From an uncultured Chloroflexia bacterium (GTDB taxonomy: Bacteria; Chloroflexota; Limnocylindria; Limnocylindrales; CSP1-4): a DNA stretch of 64,000 nt. Positions 32,469 through 40,030 of this stretch are shown here, one piece after another; position 1 is the first letter of the stretch; each line of letters opens with the position of its first letter. A program made the position numbers and the translations under genes. The notes beneath the pieces were generated by a model. It did not search any database and had not been told where the DNA came from. It was given only the letters and a program-made list of their open reading frames with translations. The stretch covers positions 512,001 to 576,000 of the forward strand of contig CAVPPB010000001.1 of assembly GCA_963707215.1 (NCBI GenBank), given 5' to 3'.

Positions 32469-33457
32469 CGTTCCTCGCCCCCGAGCGGCTGGTCCTGCTC
32501 CTGGTCCCGCTGATCCTCGCCGCCATCTACGTCATCCGCCAGCGCTCACGACGGCGCTACGCGCTGCGCTTCACCGATCTCGAGCTGCTCGGGACCGTGG
32601 CCCCCCGCCGGCCGGCCTGGCGCCGTCACGTGGCCGCCCTCGCCTACCTGGCCGCGGTGCTGCTGCTGGCCGTGGGTGCTGCCCGGCCGGCGACGGCCGT
32701 CGAGGTGCCCAGCCAGCCCACGGTCGTCCTCGCCCTCGACGCCTCGATCTCGATGGAGGCCACGGACGTGGATCCCAGCCGGATCGCGGCTGCCCGCGAG
32801 GCGGCTCGCCGTTTCCTCGAGCTGGTGCCCGAGGGGGCCCGGGTCGGGCTCGTGGCCTTCGATGCCGGCGCTAGGACGCTGGCCGCCCCGACGACCGACC
32901 GGACCGAGGTGCTCCGGGCGATCGACCGGCTCCGCCTGGGTCCGGGCACGGCCGTGGGCGAGGCGATCCACACGGCCCTCGACCTCCTGCCGACCGCCGA
33001 GGCGGCCGGCGATGGCTCGGACGAGGGTCCCACGGTCGGCGACGGCGGGGATGGAACGCCCGACGGTCTCGCGGCCGGGGCGATCGTCCTGCTGTCCGAT
33101 GGCGAGACCACGGTCGGGCGTCCGCCCGACGAGGCCGCCGAGCGCGCCCGCGACCTGCAGGTCCGGATCAGCACGATCGCCTTCGGGACCGACTCGGGCA
33201 CCGTCGTCGTGGACGGGATGACCGTCCCGGTCCCGGTCGATCGCGACGCCCTCAGGCAGATCGCGGAGACGACCGGCGGCCAGGCCTTCGAGGCCCAGAC
33301 GGCCGAGGAGATCCGCTCGGTCTTCGAGGGCCTCGGCCGCGGGGTCGGCACCCGCACCGAGCCTCGCGAGGTCACCGACGGGGTGGTCATGGCCGCCCTG
33401 CTCGCCGGCCTCGTCGCCGCGGGGGCATCGCTCCTCTGGTTCAGCCGACTGCCCTAG
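32465..33457 (+). CDS. VWA-domain membrane protein (BatA-like)
   Basis: MTFLAPERL, N-terminal TMs, DASISM MIDAS motif, LLSDG, C-terminal TM. Confidence 0.88.
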   Translation: MTFLAPERLVLLLVPLILAAIYVIRQRSRRRYALRFTDLELLGTVAPRRPAWRRHVAALAYLAAVLLLAVGAARPATAVEVPSQPTVVLALDASISMEATDVDPSRIAAAREAARRFLELVPEGARVGLVAFDAGARTLAAPTTDRTEVLRAIDRLRLGPGTAVGEAIHTALDLLPTAEAAGDGSDEGPTVGDGGDGTPDGLAAGAIVLLSDGETTVGRPPDEAAERARDLQVRISTIAFGTDSGTVVVDGMTVPVPVDRDALRQIAETTGGQAFEAQTAEEIRSVFEGLGRGVGTRTEPREVTDGVVMAALLAGLVAAGASLLWFSRLP

Positions 33458-33659
33458 GTTCGGGAGGCGGACCGGGCGGCGCGCGCTCGCGCCAGTCGTC
33501 CTGGTCCGTGGCCGGGTCCGGTGTCTGGCGTGCGCGCGGCGATCGACCTGGTGCCGGGCCGGGCGCGTCGCCGGTGCCAGGCCGGGTCGGGTCACTGACC
33601 CCGCGCCACGAGCACCGTCGGATCCTTGCGCGTACCAGTGCCACTGGTGCTATGGACGG

Positions 33660-33990
33660 CGCAACTGCCGCGACCGTCACGCCAGATCGGGAGCCACGCT
33701 CGGCCGGCCGTCCCGATCTTCCATCGCACCAGCCACGCTGGTGGAACGCTCGAACCGCCGTGATAGCACCAGCCACACCGGTAGGAGCGAGGATCCGGAC
33801 GAGAGCCCGACGCGGGAACCGGGGTGGACGATCCGGGCGAGAGCCCGGCGCCATCCGAGCCCGGCGGATGAGCCGCGACCCGAGCCGGTCCGCCCGCGCT
33901 CCGAGCCCGGCGCGGCCCCTCGCCCGCGCGACCCGAGGGCGTGCGGCCCGAGCCGCCTGAGCCCGGTCGAGGAGGCCGACGGGCAAGGGG
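33660..33990. ncRNA. Candidate structured ncRNA or hairpin array (unassigned)
   Basis: Gene-free gap with at least 7 short hairpins, repeated GAGCC(CGG) and two pairs of direct repeats. Confidence 0.3.
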
Positions 33991-34039
33991 ACGCCCCGCG
34001 CCGTCCGGGGAAGGGAGCCGGGCGACTGCGGGGCGTCTC
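33987..34039 (-). terminator. Hairpin downstream of sqr with a CU-rich loop
   Basis: GACGCCCCGC/GCGGGGCGTC outer stem plus an inner stem; minus-strand loop CTCCCTTCC. Confidence 0.55.
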
Positions 34040-34091
34040 AGGTGAAGGGTCGGGGGCGCGGGGCGGTCGTCGGGGGCCGACCGCCGTCGCG

Positions 34092-35258
34092 CTAGATCCG
34101 ACCCTTGGGAACGGTGTGCCAGTACGTCTTGTTGAAGACGATCTTGCCGAAGTGGAAGAGCGCGTTCGGCTTGCGCGGACGCGGTGGGTGGTCGTAGTCG
34201 AACTGGAGGATCGTGCCCTTGCCGTCCCCGATCTCGAAGAAGCACATGACCTTGCCTTCGTACTCGCCGTGCTTCTTGTCGGTCGCCCGCGCCTGGATCG
34301 CGGCCGAGATCCGCTCGGCTACCACCGGGGCCTCGAAGTGGGCCGTGGAGCCGGCCTTCGAGAGGGGCAGGTCGGTCGCGTCGCCGAGCGCGTGGACGTT
34401 CTTCCGCCCGCCGACCTCGAGGGTGTGGCGGTCGGTCGGCAGCCAGCCGCCCGGTGCGGGAGCCAGACCCGAGTCCATGAGGAACTGGGCGCCCTTGTGC
34501 GGGGGCACGAGGATGAGCAGGTCGTACTCCAACTCCTCGCCCTCGAGGCTTTGGACGACCTTGCGCTCGGGGTCGATGGTCTCGACGTTGAAGAAGGTGT
34601 GGAGCTCGATCCCCTTCTCCTCGAGGATCGGGGTCGCCATCTCCGAGACGCTCTCGATGGTGAAGGCACGGCCGATCGGCGAGCAGTAGTGGAGATCGCT
34701 CTTGTCCCGGAGACCGCGCTCGCGGAGCTCGGACTCGATGAGGAAGATGACCTCGAGCGGAGCGGGCGGGCACTTGTAGGGCATCGAGGCGATGCCGACC
34801 ACGACCTTGCCGCCCTTGAACCCGTCGAGCGCCTTGCGGAGCTTCTCGGCCGCGCCGGCGGAGTAGAAGTGATGGGCCTCGGTGTCGAAGTGCTCGATCG
34901 CCTCGGGCAGGATCCTGGACCCGGTGGCGAGGACGAGCTGGTCGTAGGCCAGGCGCTGTCCGTCGTTGAGCTCGACGATCTGGTTCGCCTCGTCGACCGA
35001 GACGACCTTGCCGATGACGAGCTGGACCCGCTTGTCGAGGAGCGACCGCTCCGGTCGGACCAGGTTCTCCTTCTTCTCGGGACGCTTGCCGCCCATGGCG
35101 ATGTACATGAAGCCCGGCTGGTAGACATGCTTCCCGGTCGCGTCGACGACCGTGACGGTCACGTCACCGCGCTTCACCTCGCGGTGGAGCTTGCGGACGA
35201 GGAGGTTGGCGGTCAGCGTGCCGCCGACCCCTCCGCCCAGGATGAGGATGCGCTGCAT
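34092..35258 (-). CDS. sqr: Sulfide:quinone oxidoreductase-like flavoprotein (short, type III-like)
   Basis: ILGGGVGG, HVYQPG, YKCPPAPLE, ALGDATDLP.SKAGSTAH, GKVMCFFE. Confidence 0.8.
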   Translation of the reverse strand: MQRILILGGGVGGTLTANLLVRKLHREVKRGDVTVTVVDATGKHVYQPGFMYIAMGGKRPEKKENLVRPERSLLDKRVQLVIGKVVSVDEANQIVELNDGQRLAYDQLVLATGSRILPEAIEHFDTEAHHFYSAGAAEKLRKALDGFKGGKVVVGIASMPYKCPPAPLEVIFLIESELRERGLRDKSDLHYCSPIGRAFTIESVSEMATPILEEKGIELHTFFNVETIDPERKVVQSLEGEELEYDLLILVPPHKGAQFLMDSGLAPAPGGWLPTDRHTLEVGGRKNVHALGDATDLPLSKAGSTAHFEAPVVAERISAAIQARATDKKHGEYEGKVMCFFEIGDGKGTILQFDYDHPPRPRKPNALFHFGKIVFNKTYWHTVPKGRI

Positions 35259-35273
35259 CGATGATCCCTTCGC

Positions 35274-35522
35274 CTAGCGCAGCTTCTCGACGACCAGCTC
35301 GTCGTAGCCGTCGCGCGTCTCGAGGACGACCAGGCGGTGCCCGGCCTTCTCGATCCACTTCGGGATGTCGACCTTGGAGCCCGAGTCGGAGCTGTAGACG
35401 GCGAGGATGTCGCCCACGCTGGCCTCGCGGATCGCCCGGATGAGCTCCATCAAGGGGCCGGGGCAGAAGCTGCCGCGGGCATCGATCGTGCGGGTCACGG
35501 TGTAGGTCGCGCTTTCGGTCAC
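35274..35522 (-). CDS. tusA: TusA-family sulfur carrier
   Basis: IDARGSFCPGP. Confidence 0.88.
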   Translation of the reverse strand: MTESATYTVTRTIDARGSFCPGPLMELIRAIREASVGDILAVYSSDSGSKVDIPKWIEKAGHRLVVLETRDGYDELVVEKLR

Positions 35523-35617
35523 GGAGGGTCTTCCTTCCTTGGTTCGGCTCGGGCGCGCCCGGATCGGGCCTGGCGCACCCGTGATGGTGTCGGCGTGGCG
35601 GCTCGCGCTCGCCGGTT

Positions 35618-36181
35618 TCAGATGAACAGCGGGGAGCTGCCGTCCTGCATCATCCCGATGACAGTGGCGGCTCCGACCGGCTCGCCCATCCCATCGATGA
35701 GGTCGTCGCGGGTCAGGCCGAACATGTCCATCGTCATCTGGCAGGGGATGAACTCGACGCCCATCAGCTGGGCTGCCTCGAGGAGCTCCTTGGGGCTGGC
35801 CACGTTGTGCTGCTTGGCCAGCTTCCGCATCATCCAGGGGCCCATCCCGAGGAAGTTCATCTTCGAGAGCTTGCGGTGGCTGATCCCCGGCCGCTGCATG
35901 AAGGACATCATCTTCTGCATCCAGTTCTGGCCGGTGATGCGTCGATCGTCCTTGACGAAGTTCTGGAGGCCCCAGAAGGTCACGAAGACGCTCGTCTTGG
36001 CGCCCATCGCCCCGGCCGTCGAGGCCAGGATCATCGTGGCCCAGGTCTTCTCCAGCTCGCCGCTGTAGTCGATGATCAGGATGTCGTGGGGCTTCGCCTC
36101 GTGCTCGTGCTCGGGCACGGGCTGCGGCTGGGTCGTCTCCTCGACCACGGCGGCGGTCTCGACCTCGGCGGTAGCGGTCAT
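35618..36181 (-). CDS. DsrE/DsrF/DrsH-like (DsrE2) sulfurtransferase
   Basis: FVTFWGL, SKMNFLGMG, IPCQMTMD; start MTATAEV. Confidence 0.85.
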   Translation of the reverse strand: MTATAEVETAAVVEETTQPQPVPEHEHEAKPHDILIIDYSGELEKTWATMILASTAGAMGAKTSVFVTFWGLQNFVKDDRRITGQNWMQKMMSFMQRPGISHRKLSKMNFLGMGPWMMRKLAKQHNVASPKELLEAAQLMGVEFIPCQMTMDMFGLTRDDLIDGMGEPVGAATVIGMMQDGSSPLFI

Positions 36182-36192
36182 GGCTGTGTCCC

Positions 36193-36426
36193 TCACTTCT
36201 TCCGGAGGACGAAGCGGAACACGCCGCCGTCCTGGGTCTGCTCGACGGTCGGGTTCCCGGTCGATTTCGACCAGGCCTCGAAGTCCTTGACCGAACCGGG
36301 ATCGGTCGCCAGGACCTCGAGCAGCTGGCCCGAGGCGAGGTCCTTCATCGCCTGGGCCGTCTTGACGATCGGCAGCGGGCACGACAGGCCCTTTGCATCG
36401 ACGGTCCGGGTGATCTCGAGGGTCAT
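36193..36426 (-). CDS. tusA: TusA-family sulfur carrier
   Basis: VDAKGLSCPLP, ATDPGSVKDF. Confidence 0.92.
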   Translation of the reverse strand: MTLEITRTVDAKGLSCPLPIVKTAQAMKDLASGQLLEVLATDPGSVKDFEAWSKSTGNPTVEQTQDGGVFRFVLRKK

Positions 36427-36471
36427 GGTGCGGTGGCTCCCTTCCGTTCGTTGGGGCTGCTGGTGGTCGGG

Positions 36472-36885
36472 CTAGATGAAGACGACCTGGCCCTCGCCGG
36501 CGTTGAGGTAGAAGGCGGTAACGCCCTCCACGCCATCGACGAGGTCGTCGAGGTCCGACTCCTCGAGGTGGAGCAGGTCCATCGACAGCGAACAGGCCTG
36601 GATGTCCACCTCGCCGAGGTCCTTGGCCTGGCGCAGCGTCTCCGCCCAACTGGCCTGCCCGGCTGCGCGCAGACCGTCGACGGCGGCCCGGCCCTCGGCG
36701 CCGGCTTCGGGTGCCAGGCCGTGGTCACGATCGATGCGGTCCTTGCGGAAGGCATCGAGCGCCCAGTACTGGAGGAAGACGTTCACCGGCTTGGCGAGCG
36801 CCGCGGCGCCGGCGGTGAGGACCGCGGCGGCCTGCAGCTTGTCGTCGGTGCCGGAGAAGAGGACCAGGTTCAGTGGCTGTTCCAT
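36472..36885 (-). CDS. DsrE/DsrF/DrsH-like protein
   Basis: LFSGTDDKL, FLQYWAL, QACSLSMD, GVTAF. Confidence 0.85.
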   Translation of the reverse strand: MEQPLNLVLFSGTDDKLQAAAVLTAGAAALAKPVNVFLQYWALDAFRKDRIDRDHGLAPEAGAEGRAAVDGLRAAGQASWAETLRQAKDLGEVDIQACSLSMDLLHLEESDLDDLVDGVEGVTAFYLNAGEGQVVFI

Positions 36886-36891
36886 CGGGGG

Positions 36892-37260
36892 CTACCTCTT
36901 GGCGAGTGCGGGTCGGGTGGGATCGACGTCAGACTTGACGTCGTCGGCGGTGCCGCTGACGAGGCTCGCGAGTCGGTCGAGCCGGCGCTCGAGGACCCGG
37001 CGCATGACGCCGCAGGCGACCATCACGTCGGGGTCGGTCAACCGATAGCGGACCTCGCGGCCGTCGCGCTCGGCCTCGACGAGACCGGCCGACCGGAGCA
37101 CCGCCAGGTGCTGCGAGACGTTGGGCTGGGCCACGCCGAGCTCCTCGGCCAGCCGACCGACCTCGCAGGGTCCCTCGGCCAGGCGATGGAGGATGTCAAG
37201 GCGCCGCGGGCTCGCGAGCGTCTTGAGGATCTCGGCCTGGAGCGTCGTGATGTCGTCCAT
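36892..37260 (-). CDS. ArsR/SmtB family regulator with two Cys
   Basis: LASPRRLDIL, GPCEV, NVSQHLAVLR, VACG. Confidence 0.9.
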   Translation of the reverse strand: MDDITTLQAEILKTLASPRRLDILHRLAEGPCEVGRLAEELGVAQPNVSQHLAVLRSAGLVEAERDGREVRYRLTDPDVMVACGVMRRVLERRLDRLASLVSGTADDVKSDVDPTRPALAKR

Positions 37261-37274
37261 GTCCGGATGGTCCC

Positions 37275-37295
37275 ATCGTATGCGCAGATGCGCAT
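37275..37295 (-). promoter_or_regulatory. ArsR-type operator ATGC-N8-GCAT abutting a -10 TACGAT
   Basis: ATGCGCA-GA-TGCGCAT dyad at 37280-37295. Confidence 0.6.
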
Positions 37296-37340
37296 CAGTG
37301 CGGATGGGCCCTTCCGCAGGGCCGAGCGGCACGGGGGCCC

Positions 37341-37379
37341 GGGCCGGAGGTCCCGGCCTCGCGCGGGCCACCTGGTCCC
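37341..37379. promoter_or_regulatory. DosR-like box(es)
   Basis: GGGCCGGAGGTCCC at 37341-37354; weaker GGGCCACCTGGTCCC at 37365-37379. Confidence 0.5.
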
Positions 37380-37425
37380 GTCGCGGCGCGGGCCCTGAGC
37401 CGGCGCTGCTCGACCTCGCGAGTCC

Positions 37426-38538
37426 TCAGCAGATCCGGGGCAGCTGCTCGCCGACCAGCATGTCGACGATCCGTTCCGAGCCGACGACGGTCCGGATCGT
37501 CACCATCCCGGGGTGGTCCGCGACGACCGCCCCGATGACGGCGGCGTCCGCGCCCTCGGGCGTCGCCCGGATCGCGGCCAGGGCGGCGCCAGCATCCTCC
37601 CCAGCCACGATCGCCACGCACTTGCCCTCGTTGGCGACGTGGAACGGATCGAGGCCCAGGAACTCGCAGGCCGCTCGCACCGGGCCCGGGATCGGGATGG
37701 CCGGCTCGTCCAGGGTGATCCCGACACCGGACGCAGCGGCGATCTCGTTGAGGGCCGAGGCGAGGCCGCCACGGGTGGGATCGCGGAGGACGTGCACGTC
37801 GGGCACCACCGCGACGAGGCCCGCGACGAGACCGGCCAGCGACTGGGTGTCCGATTCGATCTCTACCTCGAACTCGAGGCCCTCACGGACGCTCATGATC
37901 GCGACCCCGTGGAGCCCGATCGGCCCGGAGAGGATGACCGCGTCCCCGGGTCGGGCCCGGTCGGCGGCCGGCGCCACGTCCGGTGGAACGATACCGATGC
38001 CGGCGGTGTTGACGAACAGGCGATCCGCCGCGCCACGACCGACCACCTTCGTGTCGCCGGTGACGATCGCGGCGCCGGCCCGGGTGGCGGCGGCCGCGGC
38101 CGACGCCGTCACGGCCCGCAGCTCGTCGAACGGCAGGCCCTCCTCGATGACGTAGGCGAGCGAGATCGCCAGCGGTGCGGCGCCCATCATGGCGAGGTCG
38201 TTGACCGTGCCGTTGACCGACAGGTCGCCGATGTCGCCGCCCGGGAAGGCGATGGGGCTGACGACGAACGAGTCGGTCGTGAAGGCCAGCCGCTGGCCGG
38301 CGATCTCCACGATGGCCGCATCGTTGAGCGGTCCGGCCGGCATCGCGCCGGCCAGTGAAGGGGCGATCACGTCGCGCATGAGCGCCCCGGACAGCTGCCC
38401 GCCCGAGCCGTGGCCCAGGATCACCCGCTCGACCTCGGGGAACGGGGCCGGGCAGGCCACGCCATCGGCGTCGATGACGGGGCCGCCGGAGGACCCGGCC
38501 GACTCGCCCCCTGCCCGGGCCCGGTCCAGGTCCGTCAT
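37426..38538 (-). CDS. hypE: Hydrogenase maturation protein HypE
   Basis: LGHGSGG, TTDSFVV, DPTRGG, C-terminal LPRIC. Confidence 0.96.
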   Translation of the reverse strand: MTDLDRARAGGESAGSSGGPVIDADGVACPAPFPEVERVILGHGSGGQLSGALMRDVIAPSLAGAMPAGPLNDAAIVEIAGQRLAFTTDSFVVSPIAFPGGDIGDLSVNGTVNDLAMMGAAPLAISLAYVIEEGLPFDELRAVTASAAAAATRAGAAIVTGDTKVVGRGAADRLFVNTAGIGIVPPDVAPAADRARPGDAVILSGPIGLHGVAIMSVREGLEFEVEIESDTQSLAGLVAGLVAVVPDVHVLRDPTRGGLASALNEIAAASGVGITLDEPAIPIPGPVRAACEFLGLDPFHVANEGKCVAIVAGEDAGAALAAIRATPEGADAAVIGAVVADHPGMVTIRTVVGSERIVDMLVGEQLPRIC

Positions 38539-39689
38539 CGCGACGTCTCCTCTTGCGAAGCCCCGATGGGCCCGGCCATCTGGAGGGGCCGGGCCGGGAC
38601 CCCGATCCCCCGGCCTGCCGCGTAGAAAGCGGCGCAGGTGCCCTCGGAGCTGACCATCGGCGCCCCGAGGGGCTTCTGCGGCGTGCACAGGACCCCGTAG
38701 GCGGTGCAGTCGAGTGGCGCCTTCTCGCCGGTCAGGATGGCCCCGGCGATGCAGGCCGGGTGCTCCTGGGTCGCGATCGCCCCGACGTCGAACTTGGCCT
38801 CGGCGTCGAACCGCGCGAAGCCCGGCTTGAGGCGGTAGCCCGACGACGGGATCTCGCCGATGCCGCGCCACTTGCGCTCGCCCACGTCGAAGACCCGGAA
38901 GACGGTCTCCTGGGCCAGCCGGTTACCCTCCCGCTTGACCGCCCGGACGTACTGGTTCTCGACCTCGGCCCGCCCCTCTTCTAACTGCTTGATCGCCATG
39001 AGGATGCCCTCGAGGAGATCGAGCGGCTCGAACCCCGTCACGACGATCGGCACCCGGTAGCGCTCGGCGATGGGCTCGTACTCGGTCCAGCCCATCACGG
39101 CACAGACGTGGCCGGCCGCCAGGAAGGCCTGGACCTGGTTCGACGGCGACTCCAGGAGCGCCGTCATCGCCGGGGGCACCAGGACGTGGGAGACGAGGAT
39201 GGAGAAGTTGTCGATGCCCAGCTGGCTGGCCTGCCAGACGGCCATCGCATTCGCCGGGGCCGTGGTCTCGAAGCCGACCGCGAAGAAGACGACCTGCTTG
39301 TCCGGGTTGGCCGTCGCGACCTTGAGGGCGTCGAGCGGCGAGTAGACGATGCGGACGTCGGCGCCGCGGGCCTTGAGGGCCAGGAGGTCGGTCGTGGAGC
39401 CCGGGACCCGGAGCATGTCGCCGTAGCTGGTGAAGATGACGTCGGGCCGGGCGGCGATCGCGAGGGCCTTGTCGACCTGCTCCAGCGGGGTGACGCAGAC
39501 CGGACAGCCGGGCCCATGGATCATCCGGACGCCCGGCGGCAGGAGCTCGTCGATGCCCTGCTTGACGATCGTGTGGGTCTGGCCGCCGCAGACCTCCATG
39601 AGCGTCCACGGCCGGGTGGTGACCCGGTGGATCTCGGCGAGCAGCTTCTTGGCCAGGACCGGGTCGCGGTACTCGTCGAGGTACTTCAC
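38535..39689 (-). CDS. hypD: Hydrogenase maturation protein HypD
   Basis: [31 protein letters not shown]. Confidence 0.96.
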   Translation of the reverse strand: MKYLDEYRDPVLAKKLLAEIHRVTTRPWTLMEVCGGQTHTIVKQGIDELLPPGVRMIHGPGCPVCVTPLEQVDKALAIAARPDVIFTSYGDMLRVPGSTTDLLALKARGADVRIVYSPLDALKVATANPDKQVVFFAVGFETTAPANAMAVWQASQLGIDNFSILVSHVLVPPAMTALLESPSNQVQAFLAAGHVCAVMGWTEYEPIAERYRVPIVVTGFEPLDLLEGILMAIKQLEEGRAEVENQYVRAVKREGNRLAQETVFRVFDVGERKWRGIGEIPSSGYRLKPGFARFDAEAKFDVGAIATQEHPACIAGAILTGEKAPLDCTAYGVLCTPQKPLGAPMVSSEGTCAAFYAAGRGIGVPARPLQMAGPIGASQEETSR

Positions 39690-40015
39690 GCGAGCGGGCC
39701 TCCGCCGCCGGACGGCGCGCCGGGCGCCGGGTCGTCGATCACGGCAGGGGCGCTCATCCCGGGTCCCATCGTGGCGAGCTCCGCCTGGACGAGGTCGCCC
39801 ATCTGCTCGAGGAGCTCGAGCGTCTTGAGTGCCTCCTCCTCGTCGACCTTGCTGATGGCGAAGCCGACGTGGACGATGACGTAGTCACCGACCTCGACGT
39901 CCGGGACATAGGCAAGGCAGGCCTCCTTGCGGACCCCGCCGAAGTCGACGCGACCCATCGGCAGGCCCGCGTCCGCACGGACCTCCATGACCTTGCCCGG
40001 GATGCCGAGACACAT
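39686..40015 (-). CDS. hypC: Hydrogenase chaperone HypC
   Basis: [16 protein letters not shown]. Confidence 0.96.
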   Translation of the reverse strand: MCLGIPGKVMEVRADAGLPMGRVDFGGVRKEACLAYVPDVEVGDYVIVHVGFAISKVDEEEALKTLELLEQMGDLVQAELATMGPGMSAPAVIDDPAPGAPSGGGGPLA

Positions 40016-40030
40016 CGCTCGCCCTCCTCG

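Noticed and set aside
33720-33850. Direct repeats at 38-40-bp period as a mini-CRISPR
   Set aside because: Only two copies of each of two different, imperfect repeats, and no cas genes.
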